A stretch of DNA of 64,000 nt from Octopus sinensis (lineage: Eukaryota): the NCBI RefSeq assembly GCF_006345805.1, contig NC_043018.1, positions 744,001-808,000 of the forward strand. The letters are read 5' to 3'. Shown piece after piece: positions 12,346-27,204 of this stretch (positions are counted from its first letter, which is position 1; every line of letters begins with the position of its first letter). Position numbers and translations under genes: made by a program. The notes under the pieces were generated by a model. It had not been told where the DNA came from. It worked only from the letters and a program-made list of their open reading frames with translations, and searched no databases.

Positions 12346-13718
12346 AAGGCGGTCAGCTTGCAGAGACGTTAGCAGTATTTCGTCCGTCTTTACATTCTGA
12401 GTTCAAATTCCGCCGAGGTCGACTTTGACTTTCATCCTCTCAGGGTCAATAAATTAAGTACCAGTTGTGCACTGGGGTCGATCTAATCAACTGGCCCTCT
12501 TCCCCAAGATTTCAGGCCTTGTGCCTATAGTAGAAAGGATTATTATTATCATTATTATTAAGGTGGCGAGCTGGCAGAATCGTTAGCACACTGGACAAAA
12601 TGCTTAGCAGTATTTTGTCTGTCTTTACATTCTGAGTTCAAATTCCGCCGAGGTCGACTTTGACTTTCATCCTCTCAGGGTCAATAAATTAAGTACCAGT
12701 TGTGCACTGGGGTCGATCTAATCAACTGGCCCTCTTCCCCAAGATGTCAGGCCTTGTGCCTATAGTAGAAAGGATTATTATTATCATTATTATTAAGGTG
12801 GCGAGCTGGCAGAATCGTTAGCACACTGGACAAAATGCTTAGCAGTATTTTGTCTGTCTTTACATTCTGAGTTCAAATTCCGCCGAGGTCGACTTTGACT
12901 TTCATCCTCTCAGGGTCAATAAATTAAGTACCAGTTGTGCACTGGGGTCGATCTAATCAACTGGCCCTCTTCCCCAAGATTTCAGGCCTTGTGCCTATAG
13001 TAGAAAGGATTATTATTATCATTATTATTAAGGTGGCGAGCTGGCAGAATCGTTAGCACACTGGACAAAATGCTTAGCAGTATTTTGTCTGTCTTTACAT
13101 TCTGAGTTCAAATTCCGCCGAGGTCGACTTTGACTTTCATCCTCTCAGGGTCAATAAATTAAGTACCAGTTGTGCACTGGGGTCGATCTAATCAACTGGC
13201 CCTCTTCCCCAAGATGTCAGGCCTTGTGCCTATAGTAGAAAGGATTATTATTATCATTATTATTAAGGTGGCGAGCTGGCAGAATCGTTAGCACACTGGA
13301 CAAAATGCTTAGCAGTATTTTGTCTGTCTTTACATTCTGAGTTCAAATTCCGCCGAGGTCGACTTTGACTTTCATCCTCTCAGGGTCAATAAATTAAGTA
13401 CCAGTTGTGCACTGGGGTCGATCTAATCAACTGGCCCTCTTCCCCAAGATGTCAGGCCTTGTGCCTATAGTAGAAAGGATTATTATTATCATTATTATTA
13501 AGGTGGCGAGCTGGCAGAATCGTTAGCACACTGGACAAAATGCTTAGCAGTATTTTGTCTGTCTTTACATTCTGAGTTCAAATGCCGCCGAGGTCGACTT
13601 TGACTTTCCTCCTTTCGAGGTTGATAAATTATGTACCAGTTGCGTACAGATCTGATACACAGGCCCCTCCTCTCCACAACACTTTCGGGCCTTGTGCCTA
13701 GAGTAGAAAAGAATAATA
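12346..13718 (+). repeat. Young tandem array of family M SINE with an (ATT)n tail, 235-bp period, about 6 units
   Basis: Heads start at 12560, 12795, 13030, 13265 and 13500, an exact 235-bp period. Internal units are nearly identical; the first head and the last body are divergent. Confidence 0.95.
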
Positions 13719-13884
13719 GGCTATTTAAAAAGAAGTAAACCTTTGTATATAAATTTGGCATGATTTTGTCAGGTTTCACATGGTATAGAGACAGAGGTTG
13801 CTGGATCAGTTTCACATAAGGCTTTGGAAAGTGTGTGCAGATATGTAATAATATATTGACGAGAGAAATGGTTTTGATTGCGTC

Positions 13885-14250
13885 ATTCTTGTAGTCCTTA
13901 CGCTGCGGCCATGATGGGACACCATCTTCAGATAGATTTAGTCTTTTGGAAGTTTGGTACTTATTCTATCAGTCATATGCCGAACCGCTAAATCAGGCGA
14001 TCTTAAAGACACTACCTGTTAGTTAAGTAGTGGTGGAGGCATCCTCAGGCACAAAGACAGAAACACACAAATATACATATACGTATTTATATACGATGGG
14101 CTTATTTGCGTTTCCATCCATTAAATTAACTCACGATATTTTGGTGCGGAACGTGGTTATAGTTGAAGACATGTGCCTAAGATGCCACGCACTGGAACTG
14201 AATCTAGAACCATGTAGTTGAGGACCAAACTTGTTGCCACACAGACACGC
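13885..14250 (-). mobile_element. Degenerate family A SINE
   Basis: The blocks ctgcggccatg, gtacttattctatc, gccgaaccgctaa and gatgccacgcactggaactgaa are present in order. Confidence 0.7.
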
Positions 14251-15389
14251 TTACACACACACACGCGCACCCCTCCACACACACATATGTATATATATTA
14301 TATATATATATATATATATGTATGCATATATATATTTATATACACAGACAAACACACTTATATATATATACATGCATTTATATAGACATATGTATATATA
14401 CATACACAAATATACATATATATATACGTACATATACAAATATATATACATGTAATATATTATATATATATTATATATATATATATATATATATGTATAA
14501 TATATATATATATATACATGTATATGTATGTATATGTATGTATATGTATGTATATGTATATATGTATGTATATGTGTATATGTGTGTATATATATATACA
14601 TATGCATGCATATGCATGTATGTGTATATATACATATATATGTGTGTGTGTGTATGTGTGTGTGAAAAGAAGCACATGGTTTTGTTTCACGGTACTCTAA
14701 GGCAATAAGTAGTTTCTCCTTTGTAAATTAGTAACCCTTTCAACATTTTTTTTTATAAGCAGTCAAAATGTTTGATAACATTGAAATTATAATTATTGCA
14801 TGCTTGCCACATTTCCTGATATTACATATGATAGCAAAAGTATGTTTTATATATTCGCCCTCACATGATAAATAACTCCCCAATCTGCTTAATAGTTATA
14901 CTTGTTAAAACGACAATATTATCAGAATTTATTATTTAAAAGAAAATATATAAAACGTACCTCGAACATATACAGTGTGTTTTACTTAAAATAATACTAA
15001 ACCACACAGACTGTTTTGAGTTCTGTTTTCTAAATTCTACTATATATTTATTATTTTTTTGTTGTTTTAAAAGTATTTTAACAATGAATTACGTTGCGGT
15101 TTTTTTTTTCTGTCAAATTTTTATGATAGTCATTAATTTAACGTATTGATCGTTTCCTTGGTAACTTAAACTTGCATAAATAAATAAAAACGAATGAAAT
15201 AAATTGAAATAAAATACACTAAATAAACGAAAATGAACAAGAAAAAAGAAACAAAAACAAACAAAACGAATATTTAAAACAATAAAAAATATGAAAAAAA
15301 GAACAGGCATTCAAAAAAAGAATTATTTGAACAAATATGAAAATAAATAATGTAAAAGAAGTATCACAAAACACACGCACACACACACA

Positions 15390-15456
<67 letters not shown>

Positions 15457-15498
15457 GTATATATGTATATATATATATATATATATGTGTATATATAT

Positions 15499-15589
<91 letters not shown>

Positions 15590-15959
15590 ATAAAACTATC
15601 TAAACACACAGAGTGCAGAACATCAATTTGGTTTAAATTACTACTTAAAGTGTCCATTGTTCTTGCATGTCACATAATTTAGACGACGTCATCGTGATCA
15701 TAATCATCATCAACTCCTGATGCTGCTATCGTCATTATCATCATTATCGTCAATATTTTCGCCCTCATCAACACAATCATCATCATCATCATCATCATCA
15801 TCGTCGTTATCGTCGTCGTCGTCGTCGTTGTCGTCGTCCTCGTGGTCATCATCATCACCATCCTCTTGAGTTTCGGCGATTTCGGCGTCGAAGACATCAT
15901 TAATCATCGATGCAGCCATCACTCTCATCATCAACATGATCGCATTCATCACAACCACC

Positions 15960-16019
<60 letters not shown>

Positions 16020-16952
16020 GTCGTCGTCGTCGTCGTCGTCGTCGTCATCATCATCTCCGTCGTCATCATCATCATCATCGTCATCATCATCAGCATCCGC
16101 ATCATTATCATCATCATCATCATCGTCGTCATTATTATCATCATCATCATCATCATCATCATCGTCGTCGTCATCATCATGATCATCATGATCATCATGA
16201 TCATGATCATCGTCGTCGTCGTCATCATGAACACTTCATCATGAAGGAAATATCGAGATTTTTATAAAACAAAACAAACAAAACAGTATCACGAAGCAAC
16301 ACAATAGAAACAAATACGTGACCTTTCAGCGTTATATAACAAAAAACAGCCAAATATTCCAGAAAGACCAGATCTCACAGACGAAAATACACAATTACGG
16401 GGAAAGGAAGGAACACACATATCATATAGTATAGCCCTACATCCCCGGAAAAAGGAAGAATGGAAAATTTTAGAAAAGGATGTGATCGGATAATTGCTCC
16501 TTTAAGATGTGCCTGGGGCTAAATCGTTTAATAAAAGATATAAACCAGACCGATCCTATAGGCGGTAGCAGTGGAATTGCAAAGAAGACCACTGATTTCT
16601 TCAACAAAAAGGGATTCACACGAGAAACCCATGAGCGTTTATCAGAAGCGATAGGGTACATACTGGCCTGTAATTTAGAGTAGAGGCAGTACGTAAATGT
16701 AGAGAAATTGAGCCCACGTTAGGCAAACAGCCTATTGAAAAATACAGTAAAATCTATTTGCCAGCATGAAGAGGCAATCGTGATTAGGACGATGGTATTA
16801 CCGATTTTACCCTTGGATAACACCTTTTCCGGCTGGCCACTGAATCTGCGTCCTTATACCTCAAAGAAGAGAGCCAATGTCACCACTCAACTTTAAACCG
16901 TTCCTACGAACCTCTCATATGTATATGCACGTATGTATACACACGCACACAC

Positions 16953-17019
<67 letters not shown>

Positions 17020-17031
17020 TACATACATACA

Positions 17032-17612
17032 TAATAAGTATGGAAAAGTTATCGATTCCTTAATACAACTCGTAAGACACTAAGGCAAAGACACAGGCAT
17101 GCAATATGGCATTGATAAGTGGGCATACTAGTAATGAGAAGGGAATAGATAGTCAACAGCGAAGGCATCCAATTACCAGATGATCGCCCTTCATAAAAAT
17201 CATTGAAAGGAGAGAGATATAAGTAGCGAGAAGTATTAGAATGTGACAGGTTACTAACAATAGAAATGAAAACGAAAATTGAGGAGTGCATCAGAAGGGT
17301 GAGGAAGCTAATGGAGTCAAAGCTAAAAAATCTGAATCTGGTGTGCGCTGTAAATACTTGGGCAGTATAATTAATTAGATACTCAGCAGGTTTTGTAGAT
17401 TGGACAAAAGCTGAATTAGCAGAGCTAGACTGAAGATCTAGGAAAGAATTCGATATGAATGGAGGATTTCCACCCAAGGGCAGGTATAGCAGGATTATAC
17501 CTACCTAGGAAGGAAGGCGGAATAGAGTTATTATAAGTAGAAAACTGCGTGGAGTCAGGTAGAGTAGATATAGACTCCTATGTAGGTAATAGTGATGGAA
17601 GTTTAATACTGA
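17032..17612 (+). pseudogene. Decayed R4/Dong-clade non-LTR retrotransposon fragment (C-terminal RT and thumb)
   Basis: It translates, with stops and shifts, as DSLIQLVRH*GKDTGMQYGIDK...SEGIQLPDD...ERYK*REVLECD...IRRVRKLMESKL..NLVCAVNTWAV*LIRYSAGFVDWTKAELAELD*RSRK...LYLPRKEGG. This matches the recalled R4-clade motifs AINTWAV, RYxAGxxxWT and RLYxPRKEGGRGL. Confidence 0.85.
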
Positions 17613-17622
17613 AGGAAGTTTA

Positions 17623-17860
17623 CTAATAATAATAATAACAACAATGGTGATGATGATAACAATGATAATGGTTTCAGATTTCGAGACGGGTCACCAATAT
17701 ATGGATAAGTGTAGTCGAGTACATCGAACCCAGTTCTCATTTAGTCCTTGCCAGAATCAGAGAACAAGTTGAGCTTGACAAGGTTTCAACTTCGATAGTA
17801 ATGAGTTGAAAGAAATGCCGTTAAGCAATTTTACGGTACACCAATGATTCTGATGGTTTG
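17623..17860 (-). mobile_element. Highly degenerate family M SINE with an (ATT)n tail
   Basis: (TAA)n is followed by gtcgagtacatcgaaccccagt, aagttgagcttgac and gaaatgccgttaagca, the reverse family M block order. Confidence 0.5.
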
Positions 17861-18777
17861 GCACACCTATATGTATATATTTAGAACATATTTTGTGGAG
17901 ATATCTATGGACTGCCACATAAGTTACTAATTGACCAATCTAAGGCGCCACGCACAACCAAGTCACTATCGAATCTTACAGCTTCTAGCAATAACTGCAT
18001 AGAGTATTACTGGTATTTAACCCTTCACAATTATGCAAAGCAACTAGGGAGCGGAAAAGGGAATAAAATGGAGGCATGGGAAAGACATTGCGTAGTCAAT
18101 GGATGTGGTAAATAAAAACAAATGAATCGTTCTGCATTTAGGACTACGTCACACTAAAGAATTGCATAGGTTACTGAAATAAACAAGGGACGAAATAATT
18201 GAAATAAAAATGGACGGGGTTTCGTAGGAGGAAAATCATTGATGATAATATGATAACTCATTTAAGGATCAACTGATATTCAGCAACAGACAAAAGAAAG
18301 GAACAATAGATCAATACAACAGGAGAGAGATATAAAAAAAGATTTAGACATAAAAGAGAATAGAAAGATTTTCTTTTAAATGTGATCGAAAGTGAGATGG
18401 TTATGTCAGCAGACTTTCAGACTTCGAAAGAGGAACAGAATAAGACTAAAACATTTAGAATCGAATAAGTCGTTGGGGAAGAAGTGAAATCACTGCAATC
18501 ACATCTGACTCACGTAAGCAATGAACAAAACATAATATTGAGAGAGAAAGAACAACCACCAAAAAAAAAAAAGAAAAAGAAAAAAAAAAGGATATTAACT
18601 ACGAAATATGTTCTGGTTTCAAACATTTTTTCTCATAAACTCTGAAATTACAATACATTTCTTTGTGTCTATAAATGTTTTTGTTAAACCTCAAGTCTCT
18701 TGAGATGTTTGGAATTTCCTACAAGATTATTTCCGTATATGCTTGATTGATTGTAAATCTTTTAAGAGGCTAATTAC

Positions 18778-18852
<75 letters not shown>

Positions 18853-19045
18853 ATATGTGTTTATATATTTGTATATGTACATATAGGTATATGGATATAT
18901 ATGCACATATATGTATATATACATATATACACACATATATGCATATACACACGCTCATATATACATATATGTATGCGTGTGTATACGCGGGTATTTATTT
19001 ATGTAGATATGTAGTAAGGTCGGTTGGTATCGATGTATATATTTG

Positions 19046-19088
<43 letters not shown>

Positions 19089-19460
19089 GTTTTTTACGTA
19101 GGCGAGCGGGTTTGTATACAATACAATATATATGTGAGTGTTTCCGTATGTGATGTGATTATGTGTGTATACGTGTGTGCTTGTGTGTGCATGAGTGCGT
19201 TTATAAGCGTCTGTTTCTGTGTGCCTATGTTTTTATGGATATTTGAATGGTTGAAACACTACACTAATACAAGTTAAATACACACACGCACACGTACAAA
19301 CATACATATATATATATATATATAAGACATATTATATAAATAATTTTACTTTAGTATATATATATATACATGTAATATATCATATATATATATATGTATA
19401 TATATGTATCCCTATATATATATATGTAAATATATATGTATATATATATATATATAATAT

Positions 19461-19492
<32 letters not shown>

Positions 19493-20539
19493 CATATATA
19501 TACACATACATTACATACATGTGTGTGTATGTATATATATTATGGAATACTAATAACTGTATTTTCATAAAATTGACATTAAAAGTTTTACTTTTGTAAA
19601 CAACAGAAGTTAGATGGAAAAGAAGAAGATAAACACTCCCCTGCCGCTGATAAGAATCGAACCGTGCACCAGAAATACTTCTATTTTCTTTTTTGCTTTA
19701 CAAAATAACTTGTTTACGGCAGAATAAATTCTGGCGTAGACACTACTTTTGAGATATAGCTTTGTAATTTTTGCAGATGTTGTTCTGATTCTTCCGAAAT
19801 ATCTCGCCCCAGGTTAACTGAAAGATTTATCAGAAACATGTTCAAAGCTGTTCCGTCTATCACCGTCCTGTCTTTGCTTTTATCAGACATTGAAATGTTA
19901 TTATCCGATGTCTTTTTTCCGGTTTTAAGCCTGTCATGTCTAATTTGAGGGAGGTAGATTTACAATGTTTTCCAGAGAGGAAGACAGCATAGAACATAGC
20001 CTTATAACAAAATCTTAATGCTGTTACATTTTTGTTTTGGTTGTTTCTCTTGTTGCGGGTTTAGCCGAAGATATACAGCTGTTGAAGCGATATGTGTTCA
20101 ATAACTTTCGAGGCAGGACTTCTGTATTTTTCTGCTCAAAAATAGTGTCTATGAGATGATAGTTCATTTTCAAGTTTCTATACGTTTTAACTATAAAATT
20201 TGAAAGAGATTTGACTCTTCCTCTCTCAGTATTACAGGTATCACAAGAAGTGGAATTTTGTTTGTGCAAGTTCAACGTTATGCTGTATAAAGAACATGAG
20301 TTACGTAGTAAATTATACTCTTTATACAAACTCTTAACAGTCAGACGAAATATGTGACTGCCCTTATCTTCTTTCTCATCTCTAAACGGCTACTGAAAAT
20401 GAATGTTATATCAATGCATGTGTAATCGCCTTACTATTCTTTGTCAATACGTCTGAGTTTCCCTATATACAAACAGAAACTGAGCGCTACAATCCTATAA
20501 GTAACACAAACAATTGCTTGAAAACTAAACAACTGCTAG

Positions 20540-21400
20540 AGATCCGTGACATCTATGGATATGCTTCTTTTTTGTCTTGTCCTCAAAGATTGTTTCGAGA
20601 ACGGTATCAGCCAGATGCAGCCTTTGCGAAGTATTTTAAATTCTACTAGCAGAAGATATAAGACCCTTGTCAAGGCCAGCACCATGATCCCATTGTGTGC
20701 TGAGTGGATCTATAATTTCTTTGATGATATTCGACGTTTATATACGGAAAGTAATTTTCATAGATTGAATGTCTCTAAGTGCCTTGAAATTGCTAAAAAG
20801 GGTGTAAAAGTAGGCGGCTTTAAACTCAGTGGGTGGAGTATGCCCTCTATTGTAGATTATGAATCATCGGTTGTAAGTATTTCTGCCGTCACTATTCACG
20901 GAGGGAGGCCTTTCGGTATTTATGTAATGGAGGTCATAAGGGAGTGCATTAAACTACGAGAAAAGAAAACGTTTGCTTTTATCGACTCATCGCAAAAATG
21001 GAACCGATTCCTGACACGATACCAATTTAACCTGGTCACTGATCAAGGGTTAGTTTTCTGAGTATATAAAAAGTTGTACAAAGATAAAGAATGCAATGAT
21101 TCGAGTATGTAGAGTGTACACAAGGAATTGCTTTCATTTTGAGACAGGTTTACATCTGTTCAGTTGTCTGTACATTCTCGCTTTCTGCCATTTACATTGG
21201 GGGATAACACATAAGAGCACCCTGGTAACATTTTTTCAGCAGGAAGAATCTCAATTCCTCTGCAAAAGATGTGACGAGAGCTAATGTCTGTTTTAGCGTC
21301 AGTGCTAAAATAAAACCTCCGGGTCTATCACTGCTTAGAAGAGATTCTTATCAAAGCATCAAAGACGAAGGAACGACTAAGTTCAGGGAAACGTTAGCTA
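20540..21400 (-). pseudogene. Possible heavily decayed LINE reverse-transcriptase remnant
   Basis: Minus-strand fragments such as ...FYTLFSNFKAL.DIQ...SNIIKE loosely follow the RT pattern FxDFxKAFD...IIKxLY. GC content is above background. Support is weak. Confidence 0.3.
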
Positions 21401-23081
21401 TTGTCTCAATTACTTCAGACTTATAATAGTTGATCAATACTCGTGTTTCGCAGTAGTGTTCAATATCCCTAGTGACAGAGAACAGATGCTAGGAGATCTT
21501 GTTACTCTTAAATAGAATATCAAATCATATACACTTTATTCGTAAAACTTGCTTTATGTCTAATTATTTCCATAATTAATTCACACAGTCTTGGGTTGCC
21601 TCCGGTATTTCTCGATAATACATCAACGTGAATGGACAGTTTCAACGTCAAGATATGTAGCGTTGTCCGCTTTCCTCTTTGATCACATATTCTCTCCTAG
21701 ATTCCTTGGGGAGTTTTACATCCTCCAGTACTTCCCTCAAAAAGACCACAGCTATATCATGCGAGAAACATCATGAAATCTGCTTTGCATTTCAGCGCTA
21801 CTTTTCCCATGAAAATTCGCAGTCCTGTAGACACATGGCAGTTGACCCGTACATAGGGAACAACGAGCATGACACATTAGAAGGTTGAGTCCAACTCGTC
21901 GACAGTAATTTAATTTATGCAAACGAGAGGTATACCGGAGAACCGTACTCTAACTTCGCGTTATGTCTTACATAAGGCTCGTGCTAAACACTCTCAGTCG
22001 ATACGTTACATATTCCTTCTACCCGGATGCTTTCAAAATTGATTCGATATGTAATACATCAATTTATAGAATATAACAACATTAATTCATTAAAAGGATA
22101 TGCACACTTGATAAAGTACTTTATTAAGAAACCGATTGTATACACTTGTATTTGTATACAAAACTGGAACGACATAAGCTGAAACATATTACTTAGAACA
22201 CCGGTGGAATTCCCGGCTGTGTTGGAACCTTGTTTTTTTTAATAAAACTCGGTGAGCAAAATATTTGGTGATATGTACAAAAGTTAACCAGGATGGAATT
22301 AAATCACTATATGCATTTAGAACGATTTTAGAATGGCTTTGAGAAAGCAGAATACTAATGTATATACAAAAAAAAAATGAAAAGAAATCGTGGAGCGTCA
22401 CTTTTTTCACCCACAAACGGGAATATTTAATTATGCTAAGTGTTTTGAATATATACTTGATATAGTTTCTTTCTTTTTACAATAGCTAACAATGGAAAAG
22501 TGTTCATTATTATTGTATCTTAATTATTTTCACTGCCAAGTGGAAAAACCTAATTCATAAATATACGCTGATTCATGCAAAATAACATACTGATATAATG
22601 GTATACTAGAGCACCGGAGTAGAAAAGGTGGGAATGTAACGGAAAAAATAAATGAGATGCCGTTTAATTCTAACCCTTGATGGTTTGTTTTCTTCTCCCG
22701 CCCAAGTATTTATCAGTTATAATAGACTACAGCTAGTGCACGCCAAAAACATAACTTTATCACTTGTACCTATCCATCTAAGAAACCAATACTTTTATTT
22801 TACTAACTAGAAAAAAAAAAGTTGATCTCTTTTGTTCGCGGATCTTTGGTTTCCTTTTGTTTGTATAATGATTTAAGATTATTTTCATTGTGTTTTTGTA
22901 AAATTTCGTTTTTCTTTCTCTTTTACTGCTGGAAAACAAAATCCTTGAATTTACTATCTGAAAAAAAAAAAAACAGAAAAAGAAAAGAAACTAAGTCAAA
23001 GGAATATATTAACAATGCAACATAAATTTGTTTGTTGTTTCCACTGACATATCAATATAAGAAACGTTTCCTGTGCAAAGC

Positions 23082-23150
23082 AGAAGAAGAAGAAGAAGAA
23101 GAAGAAGAAGAAGAAGAAGAGGAAGGAGAAGAAGAAGAAGAAGAAAAGAA
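23082..23150. repeat. (GAA)n microsatellite
   Basis: Directly visible. Confidence 0.95.
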
Positions 23151-23367
23151 GGCTGCAAACTTTTGTTTATTTCGTTGAAAATAAAAGAAAATCTAGAAAA
23201 ATTCAAAGCTAAAATAAAGCGAATAATTTTGCAGTGTAAATTTGGAAGATTGCCGGAATGATTTCAAGATTGTTGGGATGGAACCTTCAGGAAATGAGAG
23301 TAAATTATAAAAAAGGGGAATTTAATCTCTTTTTTTTTTCTGCTTAAGCTTCAGTCAGAGTATATCT

Positions 23368-24098
<731 letters not shown>

Positions 24099-24516
24099 AA
24101 CCACTTTATGTGTATCTATACATATATGTGCGTGGATGAGGTTGGTTGTGTTTGGGTGTGGCTGTGTGTGCCTGTGTGCCTGTATGTGTATCTATGTCAA
24201 TATGTATATTGTTTTTCATATCAAACAGAATCACAATATGTGTGTGTGCTGATCTATACGCGTGTATGTATCAATAATAGTGTATTATTACTCTTCTTTA
24301 TATTTTCTAGCATTATTTTTATATGTTCGCACCAACAGTTAAAAATTCGTTCTACCCTAGAGACAAGATTTTTTTTTTCTTTTTGTTATTGGAATGTTAG
24401 GAAAAAATTTGTCGTGTTTCCATATAGGCATGTACGTAAGTGTGAATGTATGTACTTACATATCTAACTATGTCCGTATATATGTATGAATGAATATACG
24501 TATATATGAATACACG

Positions 24517-24552
<36 letters not shown>

Positions 24553-24554
<2 letters not shown>

Positions 24555-24644
24555 AATTAAGGACTGAACACGAAAAGGTGGACAGTCAACATGCTAGATA
24601 TAGACGTCAAATCGCCATTCTCCACAAGGATTATGTTCTCAAAT

Positions 24645-24645
<1 letters not shown>
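24553..24645 (-). mobile_element. Short (TA)n-anchored fragment related to 47325-47410 (putative Penelope-like pLTR 3' end)
   Basis: The pattern ttaag..aaag(g)tggaca...cgtcaaatcgc.att..ccac....gttctcaa is shared with 47325-47410. Confidence 0.55.
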
Positions 24646-24711
<66 letters not shown>

Positions 24712-25780
24712 TATATATAGATATATATATGTAAATATATATATATATAGATATATATATATGTAAATATATATATATATATATATATAGATATATATAT
24801 GTAAATATATGTATGTGTATATATATATACACATATATACATCATATATATATATGTGTGTGTGTGTATGTGTGTATTTATTTATGCATGTGTATGTATT
24901 TATGCTTCTATACATGTGTATCCTTGCTCGTCCGAGAGGAAAGAGTTGCATTGTACGGTGTGTAGAGACCTGTGTATATGATATAATGCATCAGTACATA
25001 TGTATATCTACATATCTGTTTATCTACAAGAATGTACGTATTTATCACAGCCGTGAATTCCGATGTGCTTCACTTTCCTTCACAGCTCTAGTAATTACTC
25101 GTAATTACAATTATATAAGTAACAATGTTCCACAAAATCTTGTGATGCTCATAGCATCGTTTTTGCTCGTAGAGCAATTTGTTACTCAGTTTTTGTCCCA
25201 GTGATTACCAAATGTACAGACCGTTTGAATTTTTTATCTATTGTACTCGATTTCGTTAGATATTTTTTCCTCTTTAGTTGTCTTTAAATGTCTTTTAAAT
25301 ATTCGGTAAAGAATATTTTTTCCCATTATATTACAGGGGAAAGTTCCAACAGCATTATCATATTATTGGTCAGTGTTCACTTCCGATATCCATAAAATTT
25401 TATTCGGAATCCATTATATAATGTTTTGAAATCTTTAGGAATTAACATTATACCACACGTGTATATTAATGATGTCTGGTTTACGAAAATAAAAATGATG
25501 TTTCTTCTTATGCACAATATATACACTCCGCACTAACTGTAATTACGATTTTCTTCCTTGCTCATCTCAAAAACATAGGTGTCGAAATTTTCCACGATAT
25601 GGTACAGCAATGGAAGAACTGCTATATGGCCTATTTCTACATGTTTTTTCTTCTATTAGATCCGCAAACATTCCCTGTTTGACAGCTCAACTATTGGTCT
25701 TCACCAGTTCACTTACAAAGCAGGTGGTATCCCTAACAGTATTTACTTCGTGTTTAGCGCCACCCGCTACATAGCGAGAA

Positions 25781-26169
25781 TGGAGGCGCAATGGCCCAGT
25801 GGTTAGGGCAGCGGACTCGCGGTCCTAGGATCGCGGTTTCGATTCCCAGACCGGGCGTTGTGAGTGTTTATTGAGCGAAAACACCTGAAGCTCCACGAGG
25901 CTCCAGCAGGGGGTGGTGGTGATCCCTGCTGTACTCTTTCACCACAACTTTCTCTCACTCTTACTTCCTGTTTCTGTTGTAGTGTATTTCAAAGGGCCGG
26001 CCTTGTCACTCTCTGTGTCACGCTGAATATCCCCGAGAACTACGTTAAGGGTAGACGTGTCTGTGGAGTGCTCAACCACTTACACGTTAATTTCACGAGC
26101 AGGCTGTTCCGTTGATCGGATCAACCGGAACCCTCATCGTCGTAACCGACGGAGTGCTTCCATCCATCC
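25781..26169 (+). mobile_element. tRNA-derived SINE, family C (GGAGGCGCAATGGCCCAGTGGTTAGGG head; OR-type), (CATC)n tail, 11-bp TSD
   Basis: A and B boxes are present. The TSD ACATAGCGAGA is at 25769-25779 and 26170-26180. It is close to the copy at 44633-45013. Confidence 0.92.
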
Positions 26170-26977
26170 ACATAGCGAGATCAGCGTTCAATGCATAGCG
26201 TTCCTAAACTAAAGTACTTAGTTGTTTTTTGCGAGCAGTGTTTCGCTTGCACTGCGTTCCGTTTTAAAAAATAAATCAAAACTCGAATAAAGTAAGAACA
26301 TGTGCTAAGAAATCCATGTACATAGATAAAAAAAGTTTATACTATAATAAAGAAGAAAATTTATAATAAAATAATTTGCAATTAACTTTGCTCATAATTT
26401 AAGATATTCATACAATCTGCCCATTGTAATGCTACCCTAATGACAATCCGTAGTAATTAATTGCAATTATTTTAAATTCAAAGCGAATATGATCAACTAA
26501 GGAAGAACAACACGAAACATTTCTAGACATTTCTTTACCATATTTCTTATTAAACAGGTGAATACGATAAAAATTATTTCGAAACCTTATATCTTCAAAT
26601 CACGGGAAGCTGATACCAGTGTAACTGAAATACTTAGATCGACGATGGCGCAGGTACATAAGTTCGGTGCAATGGTTGATTGAGTGAGAGACATTCTTGT
26701 GCTGAATAGTAGTAATATACAAGTTGGATATCAGGATGCAGGATAATGGAGGACAACACATAATGATGACAAAAATGAGAGGCTGGTGTACATGAGGATC
26801 ATTTTAGCATTATGTCTGACTTAAGGAAATCGTCTATTCGACATATTTGAGTGCTGACGTCTATTGATATCAGATCTATATTTTAATTCATCAAGATACT
26901 TTTCTCTCTTTCCCTGTCTGTCTCTGTCTGTCTGACTCTATCTATTTATCTATGTATCTGCGTATATATATATATAT

Positions 26978-27168
26978 AGGGAGAGTTTACGAAAAAAAAG
27001 GACGTAGACAGGTGGTGTACAAAACAAACAGATGTATTAGTTTAACGCTCAGGAAAAGAAAAAAGTATGTTACGTATCGAGCCTACGCTCTTCTACAGAA
27101 AGGGATACAGAAAGAAGCAACGAGAGAAACAAGGAGAGAAAGAAAGCAGAGAAAAAATCTATCATGGC

Positions 27169-27170
<2 letters not shown>
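26978..27170 (-). mobile_element. (TA)n-embedded Penelope-like pLTR fragment with a decayed minimal hammerhead; homologous to 57633-57840
   Basis: The minus strand at 27066-27103 reads CTGTAGA-A-GAGC-GTAG-GCTC-GATA-CGTA. It aligns with the 57633-57840 copy. Confidence 0.7.
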
Positions 27171-27202
<32 letters not shown>

Positions 27203-27204
27203 GA

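Noticed and set aside
9095-13718. Regular arrays that might suggest CRISPR
   Set aside because: They are whole-unit tandem SINE copies with no unique spacers, no cas genes and a eukaryotic context.
20546-21061. 171-aa plus-strand ORF
   Set aside because: It has no recognisable domain or splice context and is more likely the antisense of a decayed LINE.
25043-25068. miR-2-like TATCACAGCC...GATGTGC
   Set aside because: It is three nucleotides too long and has no complementary star arm upstream.
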